Source: [Candidatus Thermochlorobacteriaceae] bacterium GBChlB (GTDB lineage Bacteria > Bacteroidota > Chlorobiia > Chlorobiales > Thermochlorobacteraceae). From it: a DNA stretch of 64,000 nucleotides. Under the pieces are notes generated by a model. That model was given only the letters and a program-made list of their open reading frames with translations. It had not been told where the DNA came from and searched no databases. Each line of letters starts with the position of its first letter. The first letter of the stretch is position 1. The stretch is from contig JPGV01000029.1 of assembly GCA_000724175.1 (NCBI GenBank), forward strand, positions 11,379 to 75,378. Reading direction: 5' to 3'. The position numbers and the translations under genes are program-made. This document shows positions 8,231-17,488 of this stretch, in pieces.

Positions 8231-9823
8231 ATGACTGAAACGCTCAAAACCGACACGCTGGTCATCGGAAGCGGCATCGCGGGACTTTTCTTCGCGCTCA
8301 AAGCGGCAACGATTGGCAATGTCATCATTATCACAAAAAAGGAACGGTCTGATTCAAACACCAATTGGGCGCAAGGCGGCATTGCAGCTGTCTTGACCAA
8401 AGATGACAGCTATGACTTGCACATCGCCGATACGCTGGCGTGCGGTGCAGGGCTGTGCAAGCGAGACGCCGTCGAGGCGCTCGTTAAAGAAGGACCTGAA
8501 CATGTCAAGGAACTGATGCGACTCGGCGCTGATTTCACTATGCGCGACGGCGAATTGGATTTAGGGCGCGAAGGCGGACACTCCAAACATCGCATCGTTC
8601 ATGCAGCAGACTTAACAGGACGCGAGGTAGAACGCGCACTGCTTGCCAACGTTGCCAAAAATCCCAACATTCAAATTTTGGAACACCACGCGGCGATTGA
8701 ACTCATCACCGAGCATCACCTTCGAAAAAAAACAAACGATATTACTTGCTACGGCGTCTATGCCCTTGATGCGCACACTGGACGCTTTAAAAAAATTCTT
8801 GCAAAGTCAACTCTGCTGGCGTCGGGCGGCGCGGGACATGTGTATCTGCACACTACCAATCCGCCCATTGCCACCGGCGATGGTATTGCTATGGCATATC
8901 GCGCTGGCGCGGAAATTCACAACATGGAATTTGTGCAGTTTCACCCGACGTCGCTCTATCACCCAAACGCAAAATCGTTTTTAATTACGGAAGCTGTGCG
9001 CGGGTTCGGCGGCATTTTGAAAACCAAACGCGGCGATGCGTTTATGCAAAAATACGACGAGCGCAAAGATCTTGCGCCGCGCGACATCGTCGCCCGTGCG
9101 ATTGACAGCGAAATGAAAAAATCGGGCGATGAATTCGTCTATCTCGACATCTCGCATAAGCCTGCCGACGCCGTGCGCGAACATTTCCCAAACATCTATG
9201 AACGGTGTTTGCACTTCGGCATTGACATTACAAAAGACTTGATTCCTGTTGTTCCCGCCATGCACTACCTCTGCGGCGGCGTGGCAACCGACCTTTACGG
9301 CAGAACAACAATTAACCGACTTTACGCCTGCGGCGAAGTTTCTTCAACGGGTGTTCACGGCGCGAACCGTTTGGCAAGCAACTCGCTGCTCGAGGCGTTG
9401 GTCTTTTCGCACCGCGCGTTCTTGGATATGAAGAACGCGCACTCGAACATTGAAAATCGCGTAGAGTTTCCCGATTGGGACGAGAGCGGCACGGAATCGC
9501 CCGAAGAGTGGATTTTAGTGTCGCACAACCGCCGAGAAGTCCAGCAAGTGATGAGCGATTATGTCGGCATCGTGCGCAGCGATTTGCGCTTGCAGCGCGC
9601 CATGCGACGCATTGAGTTTCTAAAAGAGGAGACGGAAGCCTACTACAAGCGCACGAAAATTTCGGCGGAACTTTTGGAACTGCGCAACATCATTAAAGTG
9701 GCAAAACTCATCATCGAAGGCGCAATGAAGCGGCGCGAGTCGCGCGGGCTGCATTACACCACCGATTACCCAAACACTGACGATAAGCATTTTCTCAAAG
9801 ATACTGTTCTTCGCTCGTTTTAA
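8231..9823 (+). CDS. nadB: L-aspartate oxidase
   Basis: Start moved to the internal ATG at 8231 ([26 protein letters not shown], an FAD GxGxxG fold). [52 protein letters not shown]. The upstream 32 codons of the track ORF overlap the preceding small gene. Confidence 0.95.
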   Translation: MTETLKTDTLVIGSGIAGLFFALKAATIGNVIIITKKERSDSNTNWAQGGIAAVLTKDDSYDLHIADTLACGAGLCKRDAVEALVKEGPEHVKELMRLGADFTMRDGELDLGREGGHSKHRIVHAADLTGREVERALLANVAKNPNIQILEHHAAIELITEHHLRKKTNDITCYGVYALDAHTGRFKKILAKSTLLASGGAGHVYLHTTNPPIATGDGIAMAYRAGAEIHNMEFVQFHPTSLYHPNAKSFLITEAVRGFGGILKTKRGDAFMQKYDERKDLAPRDIVARAIDSEMKKSGDEFVYLDISHKPADAVREHFPNIYERCLHFGIDITKDLIPVVPAMHYLCGGVATDLYGRTTINRLYACGEVSSTGVHGANRLASNSLLEALVFSHRAFLDMKNAHSNIENRVEFPDWDESGTESPEEWILVSHNRREVQQVMSDYVGIVRSDLRLQRAMRRIEFLKEETEAYYKRTKISAELLELRNIIKVAKLIIEGAMKRRESRGLHYTTDYPNTDDKHFLKDTVLRSF

Positions 9824-9864
9824 TTTTTTTCTGAACGACTGCACATCCCTGATTTCACGCTCGT

Positions 9865-10194
9865 CTATGGGCGATAGCTATCGACGATGTGCATCACCTT
9901 ATCGAGCGCCATAAAATCGAACGTCTTTTTCAAATTGTCGTTGGCGCAGGCAATCGTGAGTTTGACTTGCTTTTGCTCTGCTTTGACATGCAGCCTGACG
10001 AGCATCGCTACACCTGAACTGTTGATAAAGACGACGTCTTTCAGGTCAATGACAATTTCCTTGAAGTTTTCATCTAAGAGCCGTGAGGTTTCTTCGTATA
10101 GATGATGCGATTGGTCGCCGCCCCAGATTTCTCCGGAAAGCGTGATGATGCAGCGAATTGTAGAACTGGTTGTCTTTAAAGAGAGATTTGCCAT
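9865..10194 (-). CDS. STAS-domain anti-sigma-factor antagonist (SpoIIAA-like)
   Basis: 109 aa. LSGEIWGGDQSHHLYEE...IVIDLKDVVFINSSGVAMLVRL..., with the conserved phosphorylatable Ser in the INSSG context. Confidence 0.75.
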   Translation of the reverse strand: MANLSLKTTSSTIRCIITLSGEIWGGDQSHHLYEETSRLLDENFKEIVIDLKDVVFINSSGVAMLVRLHVKAEQKQVKLTIACANDNLKKTFDFMALDKVMHIVDSYRP

Positions 10195-10217
10195 TATTTT
10201 TTTAGTTTATTCGCAAT

Positions 10218-11042
10218 TTACGCGATTGCTTGCCAATCTCGCGCATATCGAAAATCGATTCCCAATGTGCGCGGCGAAAGTTTCGCAATCACGGGCGGCA
10301 TACGCTTAAATTGATTGCGCACAATCAGCGTTTTTACTTTGTGCAAAAATTCGGGCGACACGTCGCCGTTTGATAGCACTTCCTCGTCGGACAGCCGCAT
10401 ATCGACCAATTTGTAGAGCAACGCATCGACGGCGGCGTAGGTAAATCCCAGTTCCGCTTCATCACTTTGACCTTCCCATAAATCTGCGCTTGGCTTCTTT
10501 TTGACGATGGACTCTGGAATGTTCAAATACTCGGCGAGTTCCCACACTTGCGTTTTATACAAATCGCCAATAGGATTGACGGCAGACGCCATATCGCCGA
10601 AGAGCGTGCCGTAGCCAAGCAGCAGTTCGGTTTTATTGCTCGTGCCAATGACGAGCCTGCGGTCACGGGCGGAAATATCATACAGTGTTATCATGCGGGA
10701 GCGCGACATGACATTGCCTCGGCGAAGTTGTCCCGCGTCGGGCCTCGAGTCAAAATACGCATCGACCATCGGCGTAATCTCAACGAGTTCTGAGGAGATG
10801 CCGAGTTGCTCGATGAGCAGTTGAGCGTCGCTTAAACTATCCGCGCTGCTGGTTTTGTAGGGCATCATCACGGCAAGCACCTTGTCTTTGCCGAGCGCGC
10901 GCACTGCCAGCGCGCAGGAGACTGCCGAATCCACGCCGCCCGATAGCCCCAAGACGACTTTCTCGAACCCGACTTTGCGAACCTCTGTGCGCAGAAAGTT
11001 CAGGAGGATTTGCTCGACAATAGCGTAACCCGCCTTTTGCAT
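10218..11042 (-). CDS. nadE: NH3-dependent NAD+ synthetase
   Basis: 274 aa. PP-loop [43 protein letters not shown]. Confidence 0.9.
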   Translation of the reverse strand: MQKAGYAIVEQILLNFLRTEVRKVGFEKVVLGLSGGVDSAVSCALAVRALGKDKVLAVMMPYKTSSADSLSDAQLLIEQLGISSELVEITPMVDAYFDSRPDAGQLRRGNVMSRSRMITLYDISARDRRLVIGTSNKTELLLGYGTLFGDMASAVNPIGDLYKTQVWELAEYLNIPESIVKKKPSADLWEGQSDEAELGFTYAAVDALLYKLVDMRLSDEEVLSNGDVSPEFLHKVKTLIVRNQFKRMPPVIAKLSPRTLGIDFRYARDWQAIA

Positions 11043-11078
11043 AATGAGAATAGATGAATGAAACGGTGCGCAAGATAC

Positions 11079-11780
11079 TCACGCCGCTACTGTTTTTTTC
11101 GATTCTTTTGATTCTGCTTCAACGACTTTGCCGTCGCGCATGACCACAACGCGGTCGGCAATTGCAGCAACGTCGCTTGCGTGGGTGGCAATGATGAATG
11201 TTTTTTTCTCTTCCCGCGCCAACGTTTGGATGAGGTCGAGAATCTGCGCGGCGTTTTTGGAATCCAAGTTGCCCGTCGGTTCGTCGCCAATGATAATGTC
11301 AGGGTTGTTCATCAATGCGCGTGCAATGGCAGTGCGTTGCATTTCGCCGCCAGAGAGTTCAAACGGTTTGTGCTTTAATCGATGCGACAACCCCACGCGC
11401 TCAATGAGTGAAAGCGCGCGTTCACGCGAGGCGCTGGCGCTTAATTTTGCAAGGTCGCTCGGCAGAAGCACATTTTCCAAGACGGTGAGCGTTGGCATTA
11501 AATTAAAAAATTGAAACACAATGCCGATTTTTTTTCGGCGAAATGCTGTTAAGTCGCGCTCGCTCATCGACATTATATCAACGCCGTCTATGACCACCGT
11601 GCCGCGCGTCGGCTTGTCAATTGCGGAGAGGATGTTGAGCAATGTGGTTTTGCCGCTTCCCGAACTGCCCATCAGCGCGATGAGTTCGGCTTTTTCTATT
11701 GTGAGATTGACACCAGAGAGCGCATAGACAGGCGAGGTTTTTTCATTGTAAATTTTTTCGACGCCGACAAGTTGTATCAT
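11079..11780 (-). CDS. ABC transporter ATP-binding protein (LolD/MacB/FtsE-like), no permease adjacent
   Basis: Start moved to MIQLVGVEKIYNE (ATG at 11780). Walker A GSSGSGKTT, Q-loop, signature LSGGEMQR, Walker B IIIGDEPTGNLD. Confidence 0.9.
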   Translation of the reverse strand: MIQLVGVEKIYNEKTSPVYALSGVNLTIEKAELIALMGSSGSGKTTLLNILSAIDKPTRGTVVIDGVDIMSMSERDLTAFRRKKIGIVFQFFNLMPTLTVLENVLLPSDLAKLSASASRERALSLIERVGLSHRLKHKPFELSGGEMQRTAIARALMNNPDIIIGDEPTGNLDSKNAAQILDLIQTLAREEKKTFIIATHASDVAAIADRVVVMRDGKVVEAESKESKKTVAA

Positions 11781-11999
11781 TCTAAACGAATTTGGATTTC
11801 TTTTTGATAACAGCGCGGCTAGGATAGACGTTTTCGAATTGTTAATTTTTTTGGTGCAGAATCTTGAAAATCCCTGTAAAATCAAGGCGTTTGGGGCGAA
11901 AGTCGTCCTCTAAGTTAGAAAAACGTAGGTCGACGCTTATCTCTTCAGCGTTACTTTGTTATGTGTTTTCAGTTTCATTAACCTAAAACAATTACCACC

Positions 12000-12736
12000 A
12001 TGAACACGCAAATCGCAAATCGCTTATAGTTTACACACTGCTCTTTGTTACCCTTGCGGCAATGACGGGTTGTAAAGACAACTCGCCGGTTACGCCTGAA
12101 GCACTTCCAACAAATAAAATGTCGGCGGATAATTTGAAACAAAATCCGATAATGACAAGCCTTACGGAATTTGTTCGTGGGCGTTCGGAAACACTTGCAA
12201 AAAGAGGCAGGTTTTCCCGCGCCTTGAAGATTCTCTCTCACAAGTCTTCTGAAAAAGGGTGGACTGTTGAGCAGTATCGGGATTACATTAACGCAAATCC
12301 AATGTTAAATCTAACAACCAAAACGATTGCTTTGGATATAAGCAGAGACACTCAGCCTAGCATTTTATCTATTCCCACTGTTACCGCATTATTATTTATC
12401 AATACATCTATCAGAAGAGTGGAAGAAAACGGGCAATTCTATCTCGTTGAGGATGTGAGTTGGGGTGCTTCTACCATCTCGAGTATCCGTACTGCATATC
12501 TGGATGTATATGGAGAATTAGAATGGGACTATTTTGGTCCGATTACCGTTACTGAAAGCGATTATGCTCAAACATACAACGGTACTTTCGCTGGGTTTAG
12601 TTATGTGAGCGTCTATCAACCTGCTAATTTCAAAGCGGAAAGCAATCATTATTGGACATACTTTGATGGCATCAGATTTTATGATGGACAGACCGATTTG
12701 TTCGGTTTTCCTCCCGGACAATCAAAAAGATGGTAA
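12000..12736 (+). CDS. putative lipoprotein of unknown function; the signal peptide is out of frame with the body (track ORF 12062-12736)
   Basis: ATG at 12000 gives MNTQIANRL*. In the frame of the body, the codons just upstream of 12062 read ..SLIVYTLLFVTLAAMTGCKDN, an h-region plus lipobox Cys with no in-frame start codon. See the finding on the GCAAATC repeat. Confidence 0.45.
12008..12023 (+). repeat. heptanucleotide tandem repeat GCAAATC x2 (+GC)
   Basis: gcaaatc (12008-12014), gcaaatc (12015-12021), gc (12022-12023). Lies between the orphan ATG at 12000 and the lipobox-encoding frame. Confidence 0.8.
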
Positions 12737-12862
12737 TAGCAGAGACAGGTGAAGCATTCTAATGATGTCATCAAATGTTTTTGCTTGCTTATCGGATTTT
12801 CAAAAGAGCAAAATTGACCTATCTTTTCTATATCCATTTGTGTATAAATCATCAAGATATGT

Positions 12863-14446
12863 ATGAAAAAATTCTGGCTTAGCTTAATACTGCTTTTAGT
12901 TATCGTTGCCGGATGCGAACGACGTGTCTCCGCGCAGTGGTCTCGCTCAGAATTGGTTTATCGGTTTCCGGTGATGCAACTGCCTCCTGATACGCTCTAT
13001 GGACAGCCGAGCGTGCTGGATGCCGATACCTCCGCGCTCATTATGTTTGAGATGATAAAAAACGACGCTAATCTGAGTCGTTTGGGAACTTTTTTTATGA
13101 CGAAACAATCCAACGGTTGGTCTTCGCCTGCCTTGTTGCCGAATATGACCCCGCCTGCGGGAAATATTCAAGTCGTGCAAGATAAGCGCGGCGACCTTCA
13201 TTTTTTTTGGCGAGAATATGTGGCGGGCTTTACTCGTCCATGGGCAAAACGCCTTCTTCATTCCACATTAAGCTCCGGGCGGTGGAGCGAACCACGCATA
13301 GTATTCTCTTACAATTTGGATCCTACTCATCCAGATTTTCCGAGAGATTCGCGGATTGATGCTATAAATTCGGGTAGCGTAGCAGTCGGAAATGACAATA
13401 CACTGTATATCGTTTTTGGAACAAGCGATAGGCAGCTCGCCAGTCGCGCACGATTTGCATTTTTTCGCAATGGACAGTGGTCAACACCCGACACAATCGG
13501 AAACTCATTTCGGGGTGTTGGAAATAATCCTGCTATCGCATTCGATAGTCAAAGAAGATTGTTTTGCTCCTCTATTATTCTGAGCGAAAACGATGGTGAT
13601 TTTCAACGAGTGTACATCGCTACGTCAGATGACTTTGGAAAAACATGGACAACGCCTGTTCCTGTCAGCCCGCTCACAAACACGGCAGCATTTAACCCGC
13701 AGATTTTGACTGATAGTCGAGGGCGCATTCATCTTATTTGGCAGAGAGGATCAATGATGGTTTTGCAAGATTCGGCTGAAACGGTTTGGCATTCTTTTTC
13801 AGATAACCGCGGAAGAACATGGTCTCAACCTGCTCAGATCACATTTGCTTCCCAACCAAGCCTAAGCACATTTAGAGCAATTGCCGATAAAGAAGGCGAT
13901 ATTCACCTGATGATAAGTTCTAATATACAAGCTGGGGCGCAAGGACAGTCTAAAATTCACTATACCACTTGGCGCAGCAATCGTTGGCTTCCCGCCATAG
14001 AATTACGTGCGGGTTCTATGGCTGCAAACAACATTTCAATTTCGCCGCAAGGGAATATTGTTATTGCTTATACCGACGGCAATCCGGCATCTGCGGGTAT
14101 CTACCTGACTCGTAGCACAATCGCCACCAGTTCAGCGCCTGAATCATCAGTGGCGAAACCAAACACATTTGAGTTATTTCAAAACTATCCCAACCCGTTC
14201 AATCCAACGACGGTCATTAGCTATCAGTTACCGGTTGCTGGTCAAGTCAGTTTGAAAATCTACGATGTGCTGGGTCGGGAAGTGGCGACGCTCGTCAATC
14301 AGCGCCAAGAGCCGGGGCGATATGATGCCACCTTCAACGCGACGGGCTTATCGAGCGGTGCGTATTTTTATCGGCTCTCGGTTCGCCCATCAAGCGCGTC
14401 GGGGGGCAGTTTCGTCTCGACGAAAAAAATGATGCTTGTCAGGTGA
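12863..14446 (+). CDS. BNR/Asp-box (sialidase-like) repeat protein with T9SS C-terminal sorting domain
   Basis: 527 aa with a signal peptide. Asp-boxes SDDFGKTW and SDNRGRTW. C-terminus [44 protein letters not shown]...YFYRL...KKMMLVR is a Por_Secre_tail type. Confidence 0.8.
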   Translation: MKKFWLSLILLLVIVAGCERRVSAQWSRSELVYRFPVMQLPPDTLYGQPSVLDADTSALIMFEMIKNDANLSRLGTFFMTKQSNGWSSPALLPNMTPPAGNIQVVQDKRGDLHFFWREYVAGFTRPWAKRLLHSTLSSGRWSEPRIVFSYNLDPTHPDFPRDSRIDAINSGSVAVGNDNTLYIVFGTSDRQLASRARFAFFRNGQWSTPDTIGNSFRGVGNNPAIAFDSQRRLFCSSIILSENDGDFQRVYIATSDDFGKTWTTPVPVSPLTNTAAFNPQILTDSRGRIHLIWQRGSMMVLQDSAETVWHSFSDNRGRTWSQPAQITFASQPSLSTFRAIADKEGDIHLMISSNIQAGAQGQSKIHYTTWRSNRWLPAIELRAGSMAANNISISPQGNIVIAYTDGNPASAGIYLTRSTIATSSAPESSVAKPNTFELFQNYPNPFNPTTVISYQLPVAGQVSLKIYDVLGREVATLVNQRQEPGRYDATFNATGLSSGAYFYRLSVRPSSASGGSFVSTKKMMLVR

Positions 14447-14510
14447 TACTGTCAAGGACAGGTTAATTGCCAAAAACCTAACGAACAGGCGGAAATCTTT
14501 TATTAGCTCG

Positions 14511-14550
14511 AAAAAATAGAGGCAGTCGTTTTTACGGCTGCCCCTCCTCA
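14511..14550 (-). terminator. candidate intrinsic terminator (minus-strand sense)
   Basis: The reverse strand reads GGCAGCCG-taaaaa-CGACTGCC (7 of 8 bp stem) followed by tctaTTTTTT. It lies about 210 nt downstream of the FAH-family gene end, in a 314-nt AT-rich spacer. Confidence 0.35.
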
Positions 14551-14761
14551 TCACCCAAAACAAAACACAAAGAACAGTAGATGACTATGTAGAATGCGAA
14601 TACTGTGCCAAACTTTTTCAAAGCAATTCAGCCTATTTTTTTCGCTTTTTTTCATCAAATTTCAAGTTAAATACTTTTCGTAATTAAAATTCCGAACTTT
14701 TTTACCGATTTTTTATCTTCTTTTCTCGAGTGAGTATGTAAAATCGTAATAAAAAGATTGG

Positions 14762-15475
14762 TTATGCCACCGTAACGGACAGCGTGGCGACGGCGCGGCG
14801 GTCGTTGGGCAATGATAGGTCGTAAAGCGCAGCATCAAGCGTGTCGCCGACATTGACCGCGCCGACGCCTTCGGGCGTTCCAGTGAAAATCACATCGCCT
14901 GCGTGCAGCCCAAAGACGTGCGAGAGATACGAGACGATTTCATTTAAACTAAACAGCATTTCTTTTGTAAAGCCATGCTGAACCATTGCGCCGTTTTTTT
15001 GCAACACGAGTTCAAAGGTCGCTGCGCTCTTGCCGCTTGCTGGAATAAATTTTGATACTACCGCGCCCGTGCGAAAGCCTTTGGAGACCAGCCATGGCGC
15101 GCCGTTTTTTTTCGCCTCCTGCTGTTTGTCGCGCAGCGTCATGTCCAGCCCAACGCCGAATCCTGCAACGTATTTTTCCGCGTCGTTACTCGACACGTCG
15201 ATTGCATCTTTGCCAATGAGTGCAACCAGCTCGACTTCGTGGTGCATTTCCGTGGAAAGCGATTTGCCATAGAGTTTCGGGAACTCAATTGCTTCGCCCG
15301 ATTGAATCAGCGAACTGGCGGGCTTCGAAAAGACCATCGGCTCGGCAGGTTTTTCCGACGGCGATTTATCGCCCAACTTCTCCCGCATTTCTTTGGCGTG
15401 CGCATCGTAATTTTTTCCGATGCCGTAAATTGTGCTGACTTGCACTTCCGAGTTGTCGAGATAAACGATAGACAT
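14762..15475 (-). CDS. fumarylacetoacetate hydrolase (FAH) family protein
   Basis: 237 aa. IYGIGKNYDAHAKEM, HEVELVALIGKD, PWLVSKGF, GDVIFTGTPEGVG. Confidence 0.85.
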   Translation of the reverse strand: MSIVYLDNSEVQVSTIYGIGKNYDAHAKEMREKLGDKSPSEKPAEPMVFSKPASSLIQSGEAIEFPKLYGKSLSTEMHHEVELVALIGKDAIDVSSNDAEKYVAGFGVGLDMTLRDKQQEAKKNGAPWLVSKGFRTGAVVSKFIPASGKSAATFELVLQKNGAMVQHGFTKEMLFSLNEIVSYLSHVFGLHAGDVIFTGTPEGVGAVNVGDTLDAALYDLSLPNDRRAVATLSVTVA

Positions 15476-15543
15476 ATTTTTGAAAAACTGTCTCGAAATT
15501 TTTCGAGTTTGTATTTGAATTGAAAATATAACGCGAAGTTTTC

Positions 15544-16176
15544 ATGAACAACGATATTTTTGAAGCGCGCCACGGCCTTCGCCGCCAGATGTTGGAGCGC
15601 CGCAAGTCGCTTTCAGAAACAGAGTGGCAAGCACGCAGCGCACAAATTTTCCAAAGTCTCGAGACTTACTCAGCCATTCAGCATGCCCGTGTCGTGCATT
15701 GCTACATTTCGTCGAGCGCTCGCCGCGAAGTCGATACCGAACCTCTCTTGACATGGCTTTTGAGCGCGGGCAAAACCATCTTTGTGCCAGCTGTGCGCGG
15801 ACGCTCGCTCCATCTCGCCCGCTTTCAACATTTGGATGCCCTTCAAGCCGCACCGTTTGGCTTGCGCGAACCCCAGCACGCCGACATTATCGACATTGCC
15901 GCTGATGACTTTCCGACTATCGATATTGTGCTGACGCCGCTGCTTGCCTGCGACCGCTACGGCAACCGCTTAGGCTACGGCAAGGGTTTCTACGACCGCT
16001 TTTTTGCGCAACTTGCTGAACGCGGACAATCCCCGTTGAAAATCGGCTTGGCGTTTTCATTTCAAGTTATTGACCACGTGCCGCAGTTTCCGCCCGACCA
16101 ACACCGCGATGTGCCGCTCGATATGGTCGTTACAGAGGACGGCATTTTCCAAACGGATATATTAAGCGCAAGCTAA
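15544..16176 (+). CDS. 5-formyltetrahydrofolate cyclo-ligase
   Basis: 210 aa. LRRQMLERRKSLS, VPAV, D.VLTPLLACDRYGNRLGYGKGFYDRFF. Confidence 0.85.
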   Translation: MNNDIFEARHGLRRQMLERRKSLSETEWQARSAQIFQSLETYSAIQHARVVHCYISSSARREVDTEPLLTWLLSAGKTIFVPAVRGRSLHLARFQHLDALQAAPFGLREPQHADIIDIAADDFPTIDIVLTPLLACDRYGNRLGYGKGFYDRFFAQLAERGQSPLKIGLAFSFQVIDHVPQFPPDQHRDVPLDMVVTEDGIFQTDILSAS

Positions 16177-16296
16177 GTTTTTATTTTTTTGGAAATGCCA
16201 CTCAATCATCGCTATACTTGATGTATTCATCACATCAAAACCATTCGCTGCGCATCTTTAATCGAGTAAGCTATTTATGGCATCCATGACTTCGCT

Positions 16297-17406
16297 ATGA
16301 GCATTCCCAAATTTGACTTGGATACATTTATTCGTTTAATCGAGCAAATTGTCAGTAACACCCAAGTGGGGCTTGTCGTTGCCGACGCGCGTCTGCCCGA
16401 TTTACCGCTCACGTATGTCAGTAGGGCATTTCAAAAAATAACAGGATACACCGAAGAAGAGGCAATTGGAAAAAATGCACTTTTTCTTCACGGCTCGGAT
16501 ACTGCGCAACCAGCTCTTGCCGAACTGCGCGCCGCGCTGCGTGAGGGGCGTCCTCATCATGCCACGCTTCGCAACTATCGGAAGAATGGGGAGATGTTCT
16601 ACAACTTGCTGACCGTTTTACCTCTTTTTGATGAACAGCGCACACTGACGCATTTTATCGGCATTCAGCAGGAGGTTGCCGACCTCAAGCACGCTGAAGA
16701 AGACCTACACAATATCCATGCAGCCTACAACGCGCGCCTTCAAGTGATGTCGCATGAGCTGCGCAACCCACTCCAAGCTATCGCCATTGTTGTAGACCTT
16801 CTGGAGAAGCAGCCTCACACGCCGTCAGACGCTGTATTTCATCGCCGCATCAGTAGCCTGAGAAGAGCAGTTCAGCACATGGCTGACATTATCTCTAAGG
16901 TTCTGCATCAACAACCAGAGGAGATGTCGCTCGATTTGGAGAAAGTCAATTTTTGCTTAAAGCTCGAGGCGGTTGTAGATCAATACGCCGAAGTTGCGGC
17001 ACAAAAGCAGATTACTATTCATCTGGACATGCCTTCAGAACACTGCTTCGTCAGGGCCGACCGCATTGCCATTATAGAAGTGTTGGACAACTTGATTTCC
17101 AACGCAATAAAGTATTCGCCGCCAAATAAAACCGTGCATATACGCACGACTCCAACAGGTCAACTGGTTCGGTGCGACATTGCCAATGAAGGGCAAGGTT
17201 TTTCGGAGGAGGACAAGAAACACTTGTTTCAACCGTTTGCCACACTTTCTGCAAAGCCGACGGGCGGCGAGACTTCAACTGGCTTGGGGCTTTCCATCGT
17301 CAAACGCTTGATGGACAAAATGAACGGGTCAATTCGCTGCGAAAGCGAGTTCGGCAAAGGCGCTACGATGATTATCGAACTGCCGATTTGGCGAGAGGGT
17401 CTTTAG
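16297..17406 (+). CDS. LOV-like PAS sensor histidine kinase (photoactive Cys absent)
   Basis: 369 aa. A LOV-type PAS core (LTYVSRAFQKITGYTEEEAIGKNALFLHG...NYRKNGEMFYN...FIGIQQEV), an H-box MSHELRNPL, an N-box DNLISNAIKYSP and a G-box GLGLSIVKRLM. Confidence 0.85.
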   Translation: MSIPKFDLDTFIRLIEQIVSNTQVGLVVADARLPDLPLTYVSRAFQKITGYTEEEAIGKNALFLHGSDTAQPALAELRAALREGRPHHATLRNYRKNGEMFYNLLTVLPLFDEQRTLTHFIGIQQEVADLKHAEEDLHNIHAAYNARLQVMSHELRNPLQAIAIVVDLLEKQPHTPSDAVFHRRISSLRRAVQHMADIISKVLHQQPEEMSLDLEKVNFCLKLEAVVDQYAEVAAQKQITIHLDMPSEHCFVRADRIAIIEVLDNLISNAIKYSPPNKTVHIRTTPTGQLVRCDIANEGQGFSEEDKKHLFQPFATLSAKPTGGETSTGLGLSIVKRLMDKMNGSIRCESEFGKGATMIIELPIWREGL

Positions 17407-17488
17407 TGCTTCCGACTCATTGACATTTTACATAAGCGTAAACTTGCATCGATTTTGAAATGGATTATCTTTTAAAAAAGACACATCG

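Noticed and set aside
14160-14446. Nucleotide-level repeat family formed by the three T9SS C-terminal domains (14160-14446, 42217-42480, 63781-64000)
   Set aside because: The similarity is at the protein-domain level (NYPNPFNP...YD.LGRE...Y.YRL...K(M)(M/L)LVK) with divergent codons. It is a shared sorting signal, not a mobile or recombinogenic DNA repeat.
14594-14686. 30-codon ORF (MRILCQTFSKQFSLFFSLFFIKFQVKYFS) in the 314-nt AT-rich spacer
   Set aside because: No ribosome-binding context is present. The composition simply reflects T-runs, and it is too short to support without conservation data.
16218-16238. Inverted repeat TTGATGT-attcatc-ACATCAA upstream of the LOV-like kinase
   Set aside because: The arms are 7 bp in an AT-rich spacer, which is within chance expectation. 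No second copy or T-tract supports an operator or terminator call.
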